In this document: in pieces, positions 61,417 to 64,000 of the stretch | Position numbering within the stretch: the stretch's first letter is position 1 | Layout of the letters: each line of letters opens with the position of its first letter | Assembly (NCBI GenBank): GCA_964247055.1 | Contig: OZ176055.1 | Coordinates: forward strand, 1,240,001 to 1,304,000 | Direction of reading: 5' to 3' | DNA length: 64,000 nucleotides | Source of the DNA: Paragordius varius | Taxonomy: Eukaryota; Animalia; Nematomorpha | Translations under genes and position numbers: made by a program | Notes under the pieces: generated by a model | Told to the model about the DNA's origin: nothing | The model's input: the letters and a program-made list of their open reading frames with translations, nothing else | The model's database searches: none

Positions 61417-63900
61417 ATGCAAAAAATAAGCGATAACCAAATATAATCGGCTTGAATAAAAAACAACACTTTAAAACTTTAAAGTTATAATACTATACCG
61501 ATAATTTTTAGCATTCTCTTCACGATTTATTAGTGACCAGCATTGGAGTATTTGAGTTTCAATTTTATACTCAGGATTATTAGTCAACTTAGCCAATTGT
61601 TCGATGTTTGCATAGACATCGGAATTAAACAATTTCCCACAAACATTAAATTTATCAAACATCGTTTCAAGTGTTCGCCCATTTAAACTACTAATCAAAA
61701 CTGGACATTCTGTATTAGATTTAAGTGTGTGAATGTTTTCATAAGTTATATTCATTTTAATGCGTAGCGTAGAGTTATAAAGTACTTTTATGAATTTATA
61801 AATATGTTCAGGGGACAATTGTATTTTACATTTCGTTTCAGCAAAATTATTGAACGATACAGTATTTTTAAGGAGTGATAAATTGGTTTTATACTTGTTG
61901 TTTGATAAAACATGCATATTGAGGTATAAACTATTACAAGGCAGAAAATTTAAGGACACATCCTTTTCTAAAATAGACTTTTTTGCTAAATCTAATTTTG
62001 GAGAATTTGATTGAACCGTTTTATAGTATGAATCGAGGTTTGTAAAAGGTATTTCAATCTGACACATATTTCCATTGAAAGACAATTCATAGAGAAAATA
62101 TGGAATTATGTGACTTATGGCATTTCGATTAATCAAAAGTTCACAAACTGTGCTTGAAGTTGAGGTTAAAACGCAGATTATATCACATATTTGGGAAATA
62201 AAAATTTCTTCATGATGCTCAATATCAAAGAGCCAGGTATTTGTGTTGGTAATATATTCTAAATCAAATTCCGTCTTTTGCATGAAAACTACTATGCAAA
62301 ATATAGCATTCAAAAGGTAAAGACTCAGGGTTTTTTCAGTCCAGTCCGATGATGGAGAAAATTGTTGAGCGACATTAGAGGAGTTGAGTATTTTTAGCAC
62401 TATTTTCCAATCATCACAAGATTCTGCAATATTTGCATTCGGCGTAAGTATGAAAGAAAGTTTGAGATAGATTTTGCAAAAATTTGCTATATCATAATTT
62501 TTTGGATCAGGATCAAGTTTATCACCATGTATATATTGTAGCAATTTATTGTAAATGACTGTTTTAAGTTGATTCAATAAAGGTATATAGTAATTTAATA
62601 TTATCGAGTATTGTTTGACAATTGTTGCGATATTAGCCACAATATTATTGGCGCAAATTATATCTTTTGCAATATTATCAAGATGTGTTTCAATACATAC
62701 GATCGCCTGATTGATGTCTAAATATGTTTATAGAAATAATAAAGCGTTCGAATTTTTATTTTTACAATAAATGACTTTTTCAGTTGTTTGAAAAATTATT
62801 GTGCCCAAACAGTCATAAATCGGATTATTTATGTTTCCCACATAATATAAAATAGATTTATAAAGACATATCAAACCATTTTTTGCATTGTTTATCATTT
62901 TTACTCTTTAATATTAGACATTTTACAATCCTATAATTAGAGATTTGACCGTAAACGAATAAATGAAAAAAATAATTTTAAGGTAGGATTTGGTTTGCGG
63001 TAACTGGCCAAAAAATTATCACGAATCAATACGCTTTTAAAAGTTAATTACGATAATAACAGGTCAAATCATACTTATCGTATATTTAAATAAAAGATAC
63101 TGGGGTTGATAATAATTTTGGGTTACTTATATTTATATTAACATATGTTCATAACTTTTATAACGGTTATATTTAAACAGTTACAGTTACGGTCATTAAT
63201 GCATTAGTAACCGGTGAATCCCGAAGGGTATACGTCAAAAATTTGAGCAATCATTAAAATTTAAACTACCTCCATAGTCTCCGGAATATATAGCAAACAT
63301 TGAATTATAGGATAGATAAATTAAATTTTCTACTATTGACATATTAAAGCCCAGATTATCGTATAATTCTTGAGTTATGTTAAACGTAATTTTTAATTTA
63401 ACCAATATTTTTGTAAACCAAAAAACTTTTTCGGTTAATTCTTTAAATTTTTCTGGTTCAAAAATGTCGTTTATGGGGATGTAAATTGATCCAACAATCG
63501 TGCTATATATCATGGTAAAAAGAAAGTAGTCTCCAAGATAAATTGCATTGTTTTCGGATTGTTGAGACTTTGTTAATTCAAGTATATGATTCCATAAAAT
63601 AGCATAAATATTTTTGAAAAAGAGCTTAATTTTATCATTTTCACACACCATATCTTTATAGGTCAGGAATATATATCGAACAATTTTAAGGACACATTCA
63701 TCATACCCCTAAAATATATTAAAAATCACTTGAGATATGGAATAACGCATTATTTTATATAACAGTGTTATAGTTTGATGTTTATTTAATTTTAATTTTC
63801 CATGCAATAGAGTTTGCATATTTTCTTCATAATTTTCTATAAAATCACTTTCTTTTATAGCATTAAGATCCTTAGCAGACAAATTTGAAGTTATCAACAT
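53206..63900 (-). CDS. ESPL1: Separase (separin, ESP1), ~2220 aa, ~20 exons
   Basis: Exons 63900-63730, 63708-63270, (62930-62927), 62905-62766, 62717-61499, 61372-61219, 61137-60826, 60559-60194, 59813-59648, 59619-59380, 58901-58742, 58568-56654, 56601-56488, 56405-56211, 56096-55839, 55464-55259, 55187-55104, 54416-54307, 53987-53870, 53500-53206. C50 motifs LPWESL, YILNPSGDL, YCGHG (His), LMGCSS (Cys), GCLWDVT, VIYGVP. The junction near 62.9-63.3 kb and the exact start are uncertain. Confidence 0.93.
54597..54879. mobile_element. Family D MITE in a separase intron
   Basis: ta|cggtaaaaattgaaattatacggacaaa...ttttgtccgtataatttcagtttttattg|ta with long inverted arms. ORF 54497..54724 is spurious. 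Confidence 0.8.
59620..59647 (-). other. Ultra-short intron, 28 nt (separase)
   Basis: gtaaaactaatgtgtatatataacttag; phase 1; not a multiple of 3; joins two open exons. Confidence 0.85.
61385..61412. repeat. (TA)n microsatellite in a separase intron
   Basis: Run of about 14 TA units; another at ~18773-18796. Confidence 0.9.
63709..63729 (-). other. Ultra-short intron, 21 nt (separase)
   Basis: gtgatttttaatatattttag; its terminal TAG is an in-frame stop separating two long open exons in the same frame. Confidence 0.8.
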
Positions 63901-64000
63901 AGCGAATAAATTTTTTAGGCAGTATATTTTAAAATAAGCGGCGGGGTTATTTTATTCATACCTACAGCTAACTCACATGAATCAAACTCAGAAAAATCAG

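Noticed and set aside
63190-63244. A-AAU-UUU slippery heptamer directly before TGA with downstream hairpins (possible -1 frameshift in separase)
   Set aside because: A good donor (GGAG|GTAGT) at 63269 leaves the frame before the stop, the -1 frame closes after ~21 codons with no phase-compatible continuation, and such heptamers are common in AT-rich DNA.
7588-63729. Alternative genetic code (TAA/TAG readthrough) as the explanation for in-frame stops
   Set aside because: TAA terminates several complete genes normally, each internal stop lies inside a GT-AG stretch, and the 26- and 28-nt cases shift frame, so splicing is required anyway.

Overview
This is a very AT-rich (~75%) metazoan nuclear window. 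The species cannot be determined from sequence alone, but the divergent, Asn/Lys/Ile-rich proteins suggest a fast-evolving lineage. I modelled nine protein-coding loci by hand from splice signals and reading frame: a secreted S1 serine protease (-), an ARHGAP18/28/40 (Conundrum)-type RhoGAP (+), a short BTB/BACK-like protein (+), an orphan multi-exon gene (+), an orphan ORF (+), ERCC5/XPG (-), a secreted 2xFN3 protein (-), intronless MRPL48 (-) and full-length separase/ESPL1 (-). Introns and intergenic DNA are packed with non-autonomous DNA transposons, plus a decayed mariner and an RTE-like LINE relic. Four observations stand out. (1) At least seven GT-AG introns of only 21-28 nt, all needed to remove a frameshift or stop and two at positions conserved with human ERCC5, coexist with 48 nt to 3.5 kb introns; none of the ~61 modelled introns is 29-47 nt. 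(2) One 1,358-nt intron collapses to a 25-nt intron when its nested transposons are removed, linking the tiny and long classes. (3) Three sequence-divergent MITE/foldback families share TATA-CCATTT termini and a 21-bp subterminal repeat period. (4) Separase has Ser-Asn in place of the conserved Asp-Arg/Lys of its WDVTD motif. No rRNA, tRNA, snRNA or CRISPR was recognised. Most short ORFs in the supplied track are spurious or are exon fragments.
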